Below, one piece after another: positions 1-8,878 of a stretch of 64,000 bases of DNA. Every line of letters starts with the position of its first letter. Positions within the stretch are counted from its first letter, which is position 1. The notes beneath the pieces were generated by a model. It made no database searches and was not told where the DNA came from. It saw only the letters and a program-made list of their open reading frames with translations. The translations under genes and the position numbers were made by a program. This DNA comes from Dehalococcoidales bacterium (GTDB lineage Bacteria > Chloroflexota > Dehalococcoidia > Dehalococcoidales > RBG-16-60-22): contig JBEKDL010000002.1 in assembly GCA_050014355.1 (NCBI GenBank), positions 2,503 to 66,502 of the forward strand, read 5' to 3'.

Positions 1-1
1 G

Positions 2-172
2 ACGCTGTTGATATGGGGCGCCAGAGACCCCATCGTGCCGGTGCGGCAGGCCTACGCCGCGGCCAAAGTGATTCCTGACTGCCAGGTGAAGGTCTTTGAA
101 AAGCGGGGCCATAACGTCCACCGGGATGAGTTAAAGCAATTTTCCAGCGTTCTGGCGGGGTTTTTAGGGTAA
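2..172 (+). CDS. C-terminal fragment of an alpha/beta-hydrolase-fold protein (5' end outside window)
   Basis: Frame 2 is open from the window edge to TAA 170-172. It reads TLLIWGARDPIVPVRQAYAAAKVIPDCQVKVFEKRGHNVHRDELKQFSSVLAGFLG, a typical C-terminal Asp/His region of alpha/beta hydrolases. It is absent from the ORF track because it has no start in the window. Confidence 0.5.
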   Translation, partial: TLLIWGARDPIVPVRQAYAAAKVIPDCQVKVFEKRGHNVHRDELKQFSSVLAGFLG

Positions 173-195
173 TCCCTGATTGCCATAAATCCGTC

Positions 196-215
196 ATTCC
201 GGCGAAGGCCGGAAT
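196..215. repeat. Small perfect hairpin element (ATTCCGGC-gaag-GCCGGAAT) between convergent genes
   Basis: 8-bp perfect stem with a 4-nt loop inside GTCATTCCGGCGAAGGCCGGAATCC. It lies 24 nt after the + strand stop and about 59 nt after the minus-strand stop at 274. It is probably a bidirectional terminator or REP-like element. Confidence 0.45.
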
Positions 216-273
216 CCATATCCCCCTTTTCGCCGTCCCCGAGATTCTTTGCTTCACTTAGAATGACCATGCT

Positions 274-858
274 TTAAAGCCGCGGTTTGCAGATAACCTC
301 TTTAACCCTCAAACCGAAAAACCGGTGAGTATAGTCAGGCTTTATCACCAGCGCTGTATCCGCGCCGCGTCCCGTGCCGCCGATGCTGATAATCTCCTCA
401 TCCGCGCGCACCAGGCCGGCGTCGGCGGCCATGGCGGCAATCTCGCAGGCGACTTTCGTGCCCTGGCTGAACATGCGGAGTGCCATGGCAACCACATCGC
501 CGATGGCGTGGGAGGGCGCCGGCGACCCGCCGGCGGCGGCCGGGGATAAAGCGCGCTGGATGCCGCCCAGGGTATGGGCTGCGGTAAGGATGACGCCTCC
601 CTTGCCCTCGACGCTTTTCCGGTTCTCCTCGGTAAACTCCTGCGTGTTCGGCTCGCGGAAGCCGGCGGTATGAGTCACGATGATGACTTTATACCCTTTT
701 AAGGCCACCACGGCTTTCACGGCGGTGGCGCCGGTTGTGGAAGCCACCACGAATGTCTTAATTTTTAACGCATCGGCCCGCTGCTTAGCCAGGGCTAATG
801 TTTGGGCGGTATTTTCCTCCCCGCCCGGTTTTTCAAAATAGACTGTTTTAAGTTCCAA
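274..858 (-). CDS. Stand-alone pyruvate-kinase C-terminal (alpha/beta) domain family protein
   Basis: 194-aa ORF. MELKTVYFEKPGGEENT...VVASTTGATA...IGGTGRGADTALVIKP resembles the roughly 190-aa PK_C-domain-only proteins as I remember them. Family call is from memory, not searched. Confidence 0.65.
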   Translation of the reverse strand: MELKTVYFEKPGGEENTAQTLALAKQRADALKIKTFVVASTTGATAVKAVVALKGYKVIIVTHTAGFREPNTQEFTEENRKSVEGKGGVILTAAHTLGGIQRALSPAAAGGSPAPSHAIGDVVAMALRMFSQGTKVACEIAAMAADAGLVRADEEIISIGGTGRGADTALVIKPDYTHRFFGLRVKEVICKPRL

Positions 859-877
859 ATTACTCCTTTCATCCGGG

Positions 878-1639
878 TCAATCCGGCTTGACTACGTAGT
901 TCCTTAACGTGCCGATGCCTTCTATCGTTACCTCGACGATGTCGCCGGGCAGCATCGGGCCGACGCCACTTGTGGTGCCGGTGGCGATAACATCGCCGGG
1001 CAGCAGTGTCATCACCTGGGAAATAAAGCTCACCAGTTCATCGACGGGGAAGATAAGCTCGCTGGTGCGGGTCTGTTGCTTGACTACCCCGTTGAGGCGG
1101 GTCTCCAGCGCCAGGTTCGCAGGGTCAAGCTCCGTCTCGATGCACGGGCCGATGGGCGCGAACGTGTCGAAGCTCTTGGCGCGCGTCCATTGTTTATCTT
1201 TAGCCTGGAGGTCGCGGGCAGTGACATCGTTGAAGCAGGTATAGCCCAGGATGTAGTCGGCAGCCTTCGCTTTGGTCACGTTACGCGCTACTGACTTTAT
1301 AACCACGCCGAGCTCGCCCTCGTAATCGACCCTTTCCGACGACGGGGGATAGACGATGCTATCTTCGTGGCCGATGACCGCGGTCGGCGGCTTTAAAAAG
1401 ATAAGGGGCTCGGCCGGAATGCGGTGGCTCATTTCCTCGCCGTGGCTGCGGTAGTTTACCCCCAGCGCGATGATTTTGGACGGCATGCAGGGCGCCAGGA
1501 TTCTCATATCGGTAGGGCGATAGTAGTTGTGCGTCAACTCGATGCCTTCGAAAGGGGGGGCGCCCAGCCCGGTTATCATATCGCCGTCGATAATCCCGTA
1601 TTGTATGTTAAAACCGGTGGTAAATCTCACTATTTTCAT
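878..1639 (-). CDS. Fumarylacetoacetate hydrolase (FAH) family protein
   Basis: 253 aa with FAH-family stretches: VDYEGELGVVI, FDTFAPIGP, LLPGDVIATGTTSGVG. Confidence 0.85.
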   Translation of the reverse strand: MKIVRFTTGFNIQYGIIDGDMITGLGAPPFEGIELTHNYYRPTDMRILAPCMPSKIIALGVNYRSHGEEMSHRIPAEPLIFLKPPTAVIGHEDSIVYPPSSERVDYEGELGVVIKSVARNVTKAKAADYILGYTCFNDVTARDLQAKDKQWTRAKSFDTFAPIGPCIETELDPANLALETRLNGVVKQQTRTSELIFPVDELVSFISQVMTLLPGDVIATGTTSGVGPMLPGDIVEVTIEGIGTLRNYVVKPD

Positions 1640-1727
1640 ATGGTGAGTTTAGCATCCGACCGTATGCCGTTTCAACTGATAATGATTGCCAGCTTCGGCC
1701 CGTTATGTTATATTTAGTTCTGTTAAG

Positions 1728-2933
1728 ATGAAATCTGAACCCTTTATTATCCCTTCCGGCGGGGTCACCTCACCCGGAGGTTTTCTCGCCGGCGCTACCG
1801 GCGCCGGTATCAAGCACGCTGATAAAAAACGTCTCGACCTGGCGATACTGTATTCAGAGGCGCCCTGCGCGGCGGCGGCGGTCTTTACCACCAATAAAGT
1901 AAAAGCGGCGCCGGTCATATTAGACCAGCAGCGGCTGAAGGCGGGCAGGGCCAGGGCGGTGGTGGTCAATAGCGGCTGCGCCAACGCCTGCACTGGCCAG
2001 CGGGGCATGGCGGACGCCATGGAAATGGCAGAGCTGGCCGCGTGTCATACAGGCGTTCAAGCGGAAGATGTCCTGACGGCCAGCACCGGCGTCATCGGTA
2101 CGATGCTGCCGATGTCACGTATCCGGAAAGCCATATCCGGAATAAAGCTCTCCGTGAAAGGCGGGCATGATATCGCCCGGGCGATAATGACCACGGATAC
2201 CGTGCCCAAGGAGGTGGCGGTAAAGGCGGGCGATTTCACTATCGGCGGGGTATCCAAGGGGGCGGGGATGATTCATCCCGATATGGCTACGCTGCTTTGC
2301 TTCCTGACCACCAATGCCAGCGTCGACGCGGATTTCTTGAAAAAGGCGCTGCATAAAGCGGTGGACACTTCTTTCAATATGGTCTCTATCGATGGCGATG
2401 GCAGCACTAACGATACCGTGCTTATCATGGCTAACGGTAAGGCGGGAGGTAGACCTATTACTAAAGGCAGCCGGAAAGCCGCAATATTCCAGGAAGCCCT
2501 CAATAAAGTATGTATCCACCTGGCGAGGGCCAACGCGCGGGACGGCGAAGGCGCTACCCGGCTTATCGAGGTCACTGTCAAGGGCGCTGCCAACCTGGCC
2601 GATGCGCGAAAAGCCGCCCGCACGATTGTCAGCTCGTCGCTGGTCAAGACGGCGGTGCACGGCTGCGACCCCAACTGGGGAAGAGTTGTTGCGGCGGCGG
2701 GGCGTAGCGGCGCCGCGCTGGAGCAGGATAAAATCGGACTGGAAATCGGCGGCGTGACTCTGGTCAAAGGCGGGGTGCCGGCAGCTTTCTATAAAAAAGA
2801 GGTCGTGAAAATCCTGTGCGGCGAGGAAGTGAAGATTACGTTGAATCTTCATCTCGGCCGCGCTAAAGCCACGGCCTGGGGCTGTGACCTTTCCGCTGAA
2901 TACGTAAAAATCAACGCCGAATATACGACATAG
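1728..2933 (+). CDS. argJ: Bifunctional ornithine acetyltransferase / N-acetylglutamate synthase
   Basis: The ORF track gives 1686-2933. ATG 1728 (MKSEPFIIPSGGVTSPGGF) is the more plausible start. The autoprocessing motif GMIHPDMATLLCFLTTNA and the C-terminal SAEYVKINAEYTT are ArgJ-like. Confidence 0.9.
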   Translation: MKSEPFIIPSGGVTSPGGFLAGATGAGIKHADKKRLDLAILYSEAPCAAAAVFTTNKVKAAPVILDQQRLKAGRARAVVVNSGCANACTGQRGMADAMEMAELAACHTGVQAEDVLTASTGVIGTMLPMSRIRKAISGIKLSVKGGHDIARAIMTTDTVPKEVAVKAGDFTIGGVSKGAGMIHPDMATLLCFLTTNASVDADFLKKALHKAVDTSFNMVSIDGDGSTNDTVLIMANGKAGGRPITKGSRKAAIFQEALNKVCIHLARANARDGEGATRLIEVTVKGAANLADARKAARTIVSSSLVKTAVHGCDPNWGRVVAAAGRSGAALEQDKIGLEIGGVTLVKGGVPAAFYKKEVVKILCGEEVKITLNLHLGRAKATAWGCDLSAEYVKINAEYTT

Positions 2934-3007
2934 TAAACTCGCCGGCTTACCCCTTTACAAAACGGGCGAGACGGGTTAAAATAGCCTTTTCAGGATTTTA
3001 GGAAAAA

Positions 3008-3787
3008 ATGAAAAACGTTACCGTGGTTAAAATAGGCGGGTCAACCTTCGGCAGCGGTGATACGACCGTCGAAGATATCGTGGCCTTACAGAAAAAAGGC
3101 CACGCCCTGGTAGTGGTCCACGGAGGCGGCAACGCGGTCACGGACTGGCTCAAGCGGCAGGGCGTGAGCACCCGTTTCGTCCGCGGCGAGCGCGTTACCG
3201 ATTTAGCGGCGCTGCAGGTAGCCACTGCGGTGCTGGCCGGCCTGGTCAATAAAGAAATCACGGCGGCCATAAATCTGCGCGGCGGTCGCGTCTGCGGCAT
3301 CAGCGGCGTCGATGGCGCGCTCATCGAAAGCGCCATCAAAGACCGTGAGATGGGCTATGTCGGGGCGGTCGTCAAAGTGAATACGGGGCTCCTGGAAACG
3401 CTTCTCAAGGGCGGCTTTATCCCTGTCGTCTCGCCGGTTAGCCTGTACTCATTAGACCGGCCCGGAGATGCTCCGCTGCTGGTCAACGTCAACGGCGACG
3501 CCGTGGCGGGCGATATCGCGGCGGCGCTTAAAGCGGCGAAGTTGATTTTCCTGACGGACGTGCCCGGCATCGCCGACGCTTCCGGCAGGGTCTACTCGCA
3601 TCTTTCGGAAAGCGAAGTCGTGGCTTTAATAGCCTCGGGCGTGATTTCCGGGGGCATGATTCCCAAGGTAAACGCCTGTCTCAAGGCTTTAAACGCCGGG
3701 GCCACAGCGCGTATAATAGATGGAAAGAAGTCGCACGCCCTGTTGAAAGAGATTGAGGGTGGGGAAGGTGGCACGACTATTTATTAA
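3008..3787 (+). CDS. argB: Acetylglutamate kinase
   Basis: 259 aa amino-acid-kinase fold: VVKIGGS...VVVHGGG...NVNGDAVAG. It sits in an arg operon. Confidence 0.9.
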   Translation: MKNVTVVKIGGSTFGSGDTTVEDIVALQKKGHALVVVHGGGNAVTDWLKRQGVSTRFVRGERVTDLAALQVATAVLAGLVNKEITAAINLRGGRVCGISGVDGALIESAIKDREMGYVGAVVKVNTGLLETLLKGGFIPVVSPVSLYSLDRPGDAPLLVNVNGDAVAGDIAAALKAAKLIFLTDVPGIADASGRVYSHLSESEVVALIASGVISGGMIPKVNACLKALNAGATARIIDGKKSHALLKEIEGGEGGTTIY

Positions 3788-3799
3788 GAAGGTGGCAAA

Positions 3800-4993
3800 A
3801 TGACGGACTGGATGGAGCTCGAAAAAAAGTACTACATGCGCACTTTTGCCCATCTCCGGTTGCCCGTGGTGCTGGTGAAGGGTAAAGGGGCGAGGGTATG
3901 GGACGAAACGGGCCGGGAATACCTGGACTTTGTCGGCGGATGGGCGGTTAACTGCCTGGGGCACGCTCACCCGGTGGTGGTTAAAGCGCTGAACAACCAG
4001 GCGAAAAAGCTCATCCACACTTCCAACCAGTTCTATACTATACCTCAACTACAGCTGGCAGAAATCTTGGTGCAGCAGAGTTGCCTGAACCGGGTATTCT
4101 TCGGCAACAGCGGCCTGGAGGCCAACGAAGGCGCCGTCAAGCTCGCCCGCCGCTACGGCAAACTCAAATTGAACGGCGCTTATGAGGTCATCACGGCCCT
4201 GGGCTCATTTCACGGGCGCTCCCTGGCGATGACCGCCGCCACGGGGCAGGAATCGTTCCACGTACCTTATCTGCCCATGCCGGAAGGTTTTATCAACGTT
4301 AACTATAATGACATCGGGGCAATCAAGGAAGCCACCACTGCCAAGACCTGCGCGGTGATGCTGGAGCCGATTCAGGGCGAGAGCGGCGTCATCGTGCCCG
4401 ATGATGATTATCTTAAAAAAGTGCGGGAATGGTGTGACCAGAAGGGCATCCTGCTGATTCTGGACGAAATACAGACCGGCATCGGCCGGTTGGGCGCACT
4501 CTGGGGCTACGAGTGCTACGGCGTCGAGCCGGATATCATGACCCTGGCTAAAGGCCTGGCGGGTGGCGTGCCCATCGGGGCGTTGCTGGCCAAAGAAAGC
4601 GCGTCGGTTTTTATCGCCGGCGACCACGGCTCTACTTTCGGTGGGAACCCTCTGGCCTGCGCCGCCGGTCACGCTACCATGAAATACATCATAGAAAACA
4701 AAGTTACCGGCCACGTCGTGGAAGTGGGAACGTACCTCATCGAAAGGTTGAAGCAATTGAAGGACAAATATGCGTTCATCACCGATGTGCGCGGGCGCGG
4801 TCTGCTGCTGGCCGTGCAGTTCAATAGCGACCTGGCGCAGTCGGTCCAGATGGAGTGCCTGGAAAAAGGCCTGCTGGTCAATAAGCCGAAACCTAACGTT
4901 ATCCGCCTGATGCCGCCCTTAATAATTAATAACAAAGATGTCGACCGGGCGATTGATATCCTGGATAAGGTGTTCTCTGGAATTAATAAGTAA
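3800..4993 (+). CDS. argD: Acetylornithine aminotransferase (class III PLP aminotransferase)
   Basis: 397 aa with [14 protein letters not shown] and the PLP-lysine context [10 protein letters not shown]. It sits in an arg operon. Confidence 0.9.
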   Translation: MTDWMELEKKYYMRTFAHLRLPVVLVKGKGARVWDETGREYLDFVGGWAVNCLGHAHPVVVKALNNQAKKLIHTSNQFYTIPQLQLAEILVQQSCLNRVFFGNSGLEANEGAVKLARRYGKLKLNGAYEVITALGSFHGRSLAMTAATGQESFHVPYLPMPEGFINVNYNDIGAIKEATTAKTCAVMLEPIQGESGVIVPDDDYLKKVREWCDQKGILLILDEIQTGIGRLGALWGYECYGVEPDIMTLAKGLAGGVPIGALLAKESASVFIAGDHGSTFGGNPLACAAGHATMKYIIENKVTGHVVEVGTYLIERLKQLKDKYAFITDVRGRGLLLAVQFNSDLAQSVQMECLEKGLLVNKPKPNVIRLMPPLIINNKDVDRAIDILDKVFSGINK

Positions 4994-5020
4994 ATATTGC
5001 TAGAATGGGTTATGCAAGAG

Positions 5021-5932
5021 ATGAAAATTTTTAAAAAAATAACCAGGCTGGGGCTGGTGGTAATAATTATAGCAGCGCCCCTGCTTACCGTAATCTGGAT
5101 CATCTTTTTCGATTCAGAGGCAGGCATGGCTCAAGACGCAGGTATCCAGAGTTCAAGTTTACCGCTTAGTGACTACTCATCGGTACCGCAGTCAGTGGTA
5201 AATGCCGCGGTTCAAATGGCCGCCGAGGTTGTCGGCAACAACCAGAAAAAGCTGCAAAACTTCGTTGACCAGCTCCTGGCCACATATATCGATGCTAAAA
5301 ACAGCGACGTTGTCGTCGTCTTTAATCCGGGGGGGTGGGGATGGAATGCATCGCATACGTCCGGCTGGGGGAGTATTCTCGACGGGATGAAAGCGCAGCT
5401 GGAGAGCGAAGGATACCAGACGCTGGTGCTGAACTATCGGCGGACGAGCAGCGGGATTGCAGCGATATTCAAGGAATTCTTTGAAGCCGCCATGAGATAT
5501 CCTAATAAAGCCCGGGACCTGGCCATGCGCATTAAATTTCTCACCGATAACCTCCCGGATTTGAGGGTTATTATCGCCGGGGAAAGCACCGGCACGGTCA
5601 TTTCCGATAAGACTATGATTATTCTGAAGGACGACCCGCGGGTCTACAGCATCCAGACCGGCACGCCGTTCTGGCACAAACCAGCCGAGCTCGACCGCAC
5701 GTTGTTAATCAACAGCAACGGCGCCACTGTCGATACATTCAGCTACGGCGATGTCCCCGCCATGATCTGGGCCTCGGTGAAAAGCTGGTTCGGCCTGTCT
5801 TCCCCGAACGAAAAACCCGGCAATATCCTGTTCTGGTTGAGAGCGCCGGGCCATGACTACTCCTGGCAGTACCCCGGCGTCTATAATGGAGTCGTGAATT
5901 TCATCAAGAAAAACTTCGGCAGTAAAAATTAA
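5021..5932 (+). CDS. Hypothetical membrane-anchored protein with a possible GxSxG (GESTG) hydrolase elbow
   Basis: ORF 4997-5932 has candidate starts TTG 4997, ATG 5012 and ATG 5021. The N-terminal hydrophobic helix is LGLVVIIIAAPLLTVIWIIFF, and VIIAGESTGTVI resembles a nucleophile elbow. The 5' end is locally AT-rich. I recognise no family. Confidence 0.5.
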   Translation: MKIFKKITRLGLVVIIIAAPLLTVIWIIFFDSEAGMAQDAGIQSSSLPLSDYSSVPQSVVNAAVQMAAEVVGNNQKKLQNFVDQLLATYIDAKNSDVVVVFNPGGWGWNASHTSGWGSILDGMKAQLESEGYQTLVLNYRRTSSGIAAIFKEFFEAAMRYPNKARDLAMRIKFLTDNLPDLRVIIAGESTGTVISDKTMIILKDDPRVYSIQTGTPFWHKPAELDRTLLINSNGATVDTFSYGDVPAMIWASVKSWFGLSSPNEKPGNILFWLRAPGHDYSWQYPGVYNGVVNFIKKNFGSKN

Positions 5933-5944
5933 CGGAGGCCAGTC

Positions 5945-7189
5945 GTGGCGGATAAGGTAGTGCTTGCTTACAGCGGCGGGCTCGATACTTCGGTAGCTAT
6001 ACGGTGGCTGCACGAGAAGTACGGCCTGGATGTCATCGCGGTGACCATCGACGTCGGGAATGAAAAAGACTTTTCGGCCGTCCGCCAGAAAGCGCTCAAA
6101 GTGGGCGCGGTCAAGGCGCTGGTAATTGACGGCAAAGAGCTTTTTATTAAGTATTTCATTTTCCCGGCCCTGCAGGCGAACGCTTTGTACGAGGGACAGT
6201 ATCCCCTGGCCACGGCGCTTTCGCGGCCGCTCATGGTCAAGTTGCTGGTAGATACGGCGGCAGCGGAGGGCGCGACGGCTATCGCTCACGGCTGCACGGG
6301 CAAGGGGAACGACCAGGTCAGGTTCGAGGTGGGCATCAACGCCCTGGCGCCGGAGATGAAAATCATCGCCCCGGCCCGTGAGTGGGGCATGACACGCGAA
6401 GAGACGATTAAATACGCGCAGAAACACGATATACCCATCCCCGTCACCAAGAAAAGCCCTTATTCCATCGATGAGTGTCTGTGGGGCAGAGCTATCGAGT
6501 GCGGCGCGCTGGAAGACCCCTGGATGGAGCCCCCCGCCGATGTCTACACCTGGACGAAATCGCCGGCGGAAGCCCCGGACAAGGCGCAGTACGTGGAAAT
6601 CGGGTTTGAGAAGGGCCTGCCGGTTACCCTCGACGGCAAGGAAATGGACGGGGTTGCCCTGATACAGAAAATGAACGAGATTGCCGGTAAACACGGCATC
6701 GGCCGCATCGACCACATTGAAAACCGGGTGGTGGGCATAAAATCGCGGGAGATTTACGAAGCGCCGGCAGCCGTTGTCCTGATACAGGCACACCAGGCGC
6801 TGGAAGCCATGACCATGTCCAAGGACCAGCTGCGCTTTAAACAGAAGGTGGCCGTGGAATGCGCCGACCTTATTTATAACGGCTTGTGGTTCAGCCAGCT
6901 CAACCGCGACCTCGCCGCGTATATTTTAAGCTCCCAGCGCTACGTCACCGGCGCGGTCAGGGTGAAGCTTTTCAAGGGGACGTCTATGGTGGTGGGGCGG
7001 AAATCGCCGTGGTCGCTGTACAACCTGGCCCTGGCCACCTATGATAAGGGCGACAAGTTCAACCAGAAAGCCGCCGAGGGCTTTATCCACCTGTGGGGGC
7101 TGCCGGTCAAGACGCAGGCGCAGGTGCAGCTGCTGGGGGACAAGGAGGGGCCTTTGAGCATCATGGGCCCTGCCGAAGAGGAAAAATAA
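5945..7189 (+). CDS. argG: Argininosuccinate synthase
   Basis: 414 aa with a GTG start. It has the N-terminal AYSGGLDTS ATP-pyrophosphatase motif and typical ArgG sequence throughout. Confidence 0.95.
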   Translation: MADKVVLAYSGGLDTSVAIRWLHEKYGLDVIAVTIDVGNEKDFSAVRQKALKVGAVKALVIDGKELFIKYFIFPALQANALYEGQYPLATALSRPLMVKLLVDTAAAEGATAIAHGCTGKGNDQVRFEVGINALAPEMKIIAPAREWGMTREETIKYAQKHDIPIPVTKKSPYSIDECLWGRAIECGALEDPWMEPPADVYTWTKSPAEAPDKAQYVEIGFEKGLPVTLDGKEMDGVALIQKMNEIAGKHGIGRIDHIENRVVGIKSREIYEAPAAVVLIQAHQALEAMTMSKDQLRFKQKVAVECADLIYNGLWFSQLNRDLAAYILSSQRYVTGAVRVKLFKGTSMVVGRKSPWSLYNLALATYDKGDKFNQKAAEGFIHLWGLPVKTQAQVQLLGDKEGPLSIMGPAEEEK

Positions 7190-7190
7190 A

Positions 7191-8564
7191 TTGAGTCAAA
7201 TTCGCGGGCGTTTCAGCAAGCCGGCGGACAAGCTGGCAGCGTGGTATACCGCTTCACTCCCCTTTGACCGCCGCCTTTATCCCTATGATATCGCCGGCAG
7301 CATCGCCCACGCTAAAATGCTCGCCAGACAGAGCATTATCACGGATGAAGAAGGCCGGCAGATTATCGCCGGGCTGAAGTCCATCCTCGCGGAAATAAAA
7401 CAGGGCAAATTCGAGTTTAAAGCCGAACTTGAAGATATCCACATGGCCGTCGAGTCCCGCATTATCGAAAAGGTGGGGGAAGTGGGGCGCAAGCTCCATA
7501 CCGCCCGCTCCCGCAACGACCAGGTAGCGCTGGACACGCGCCTTTTTATCACCGAGGCCATCGCGGATACCATAAAAGCGATAAGGAATTTCCAGAGGGC
7601 GCTCCTCGACCTGGCCGAAGCTAATAAAACCGTTATCATGCCCGGGTATACGCATTTACAGGTGGCGCAGCCGGTACTGCTGGCGCATCATTTGCTTGCC
7701 TATTTCGAGATGCTGGAGAGGGATGTCGCCCGTTTCAGCGATTGTTTTAAGCGCGTAGACGTCCTGCCGCTGGGCAGCGGCGCGCTGGCGGGTGTCGCCT
7801 ATGACATAGACCGTACATTCGTGGCGAAGGAGCTCGGCTTCAGCGAAGTCAGCCGCAACAGCCTCGACGCCGTAGCCGACCGCGATTTCGTGCTGGAGTA
7901 CGAGGCCGCCGCGAGTATCTGCATGATGCACCTTTCACGCCTGGCAGAAGAGCTGGCGCTATGGTCTTCGGCGGAGTTCGGTTTCATTGAGCTCGATGAC
8001 GCCTTCACCACCGGCAGCAGCATCATGCCGCAAAAGAAAAACCCCGATGTCGCCGAGCTCGCCCGCGGCAAGACCGGGCGGGTCTATGGCCATCTCCTGG
8101 CGCTTCTCACGACGATGAAGGGACTGCCCCTGGCCTATAACAGCGATATGCAGGAGGACAAAGAGGGGCTTTTTGATACCGTGGACACGCTCCTCGCCAC
8201 CCTGAAGGTATTCACGGGTATGGTGGGCGCGTTAAGAGTTAATGCGGAAAATACACACAAAGCGGCGGAAAGGGGCTATGTCCTGGCCACCGACCTCGCC
8301 GACTACCTGGTGAAAAAAGGCGAGGCGTTCCGCACGGCGCATGAAATCGTCGCTAATCTCGTAAGCTACGCCGTGGAAAAAGGGAAATCGTTCGCGGAAC
8401 TAAAATTAAGTGAGTATAAGAAACTTTCGGCGCTATTTGATAAAGACGTTTATAAGATATCCGTAGAATCTTCTCTCGCGGCGAGGGATGTCTTCGGCGG
8501 CACCGCCCCGAAGCGGGTCAAGCTGGCGCTGGCTAAAGCGAGGCGGATGGTGGGGCGGGAATAG
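7191..8564 (+). CDS. argH: Argininosuccinate lyase
   Basis: 457 aa with a TTG start 1 nt after the argG stop. It carries the fumarate-lyase signature GSSIMPQKKNPD. Confidence 0.95.
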   Translation: MSQIRGRFSKPADKLAAWYTASLPFDRRLYPYDIAGSIAHAKMLARQSIITDEEGRQIIAGLKSILAEIKQGKFEFKAELEDIHMAVESRIIEKVGEVGRKLHTARSRNDQVALDTRLFITEAIADTIKAIRNFQRALLDLAEANKTVIMPGYTHLQVAQPVLLAHHLLAYFEMLERDVARFSDCFKRVDVLPLGSGALAGVAYDIDRTFVAKELGFSEVSRNSLDAVADRDFVLEYEAAASICMMHLSRLAEELALWSSAEFGFIELDDAFTTGSSIMPQKKNPDVAELARGKTGRVYGHLLALLTTMKGLPLAYNSDMQEDKEGLFDTVDTLLATLKVFTGMVGALRVNAENTHKAAERGYVLATDLADYLVKKGEAFRTAHEIVANLVSYAVEKGKSFAELKLSEYKKLSALFDKDVYKISVESSLAARDVFGGTAPKRVKLALAKARRMVGRE

Positions 8565-8753
8565 CTAGGCGGCCTTGGGTGCTTTATTCTGCGTACGCAG
8601 GCACCGCGTGCAGACATTGAGTCGCTTCCATTGTCCTTCGATAGCTATTTTGGCGGGATGCACATTGGCCGTAGACCGGCGGTTCGTATGGCGCTTGGAA
8701 TGACTTACATTATGGCCGAATTGCAGAGATTTCCCGCATAAATCGCACTTCAA
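8565..8753 (-). CDS. rpmB: 50S ribosomal protein L28
   Basis: 62-aa basic protein, MKCDLCGKSLQFGHNVSHSKRHTNRR... Its stop abuts the argH stop with 0 nt between them. Confidence 0.9.
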   Translation of the reverse strand: MKCDLCGKSLQFGHNVSHSKRHTNRRSTANVHPAKIAIEGQWKRLNVCTRCLRTQNKAPKAA

Positions 8754-8878
8754 TTTACTGGTCTCCTTGATTATTCAGAATAACTATTGTATTATGCTGC
8801 TGATTAATATATAGTATCATAGTGCGTCTGGGTTGGCAAGACGCGAGTACGAGACGTACATAACAAGGACGGTGACAA

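Noticed and set aside
52-270. 72-aa minus-strand ORF (MVILSEAKNLGDGEKGDMDSGLRRNDG...).
   Set aside because: It spans the intergenic hairpin repeat and the 3' end of the + strand hydrolase gene. It has no RBS, and its peptide is the sort produced by reading through a palindromic repeat.
1686-1727. Upstream extensions of several track ORFs: argJ 1686, ligase 16312, Mo-enzyme 21756, response regulator 30265, CoA-transferase 41944, AprA-like 44767, URO-D 48618, LivF 54894, SBP 59694 and AOR 61125.
   Set aside because: In each case an internal ATG preceded by a Shine-Dalgarno-like GGAGG/AAGGAG gives an N-terminus matching the family. The extension is non-conserved-looking or overlaps the upstream feature.
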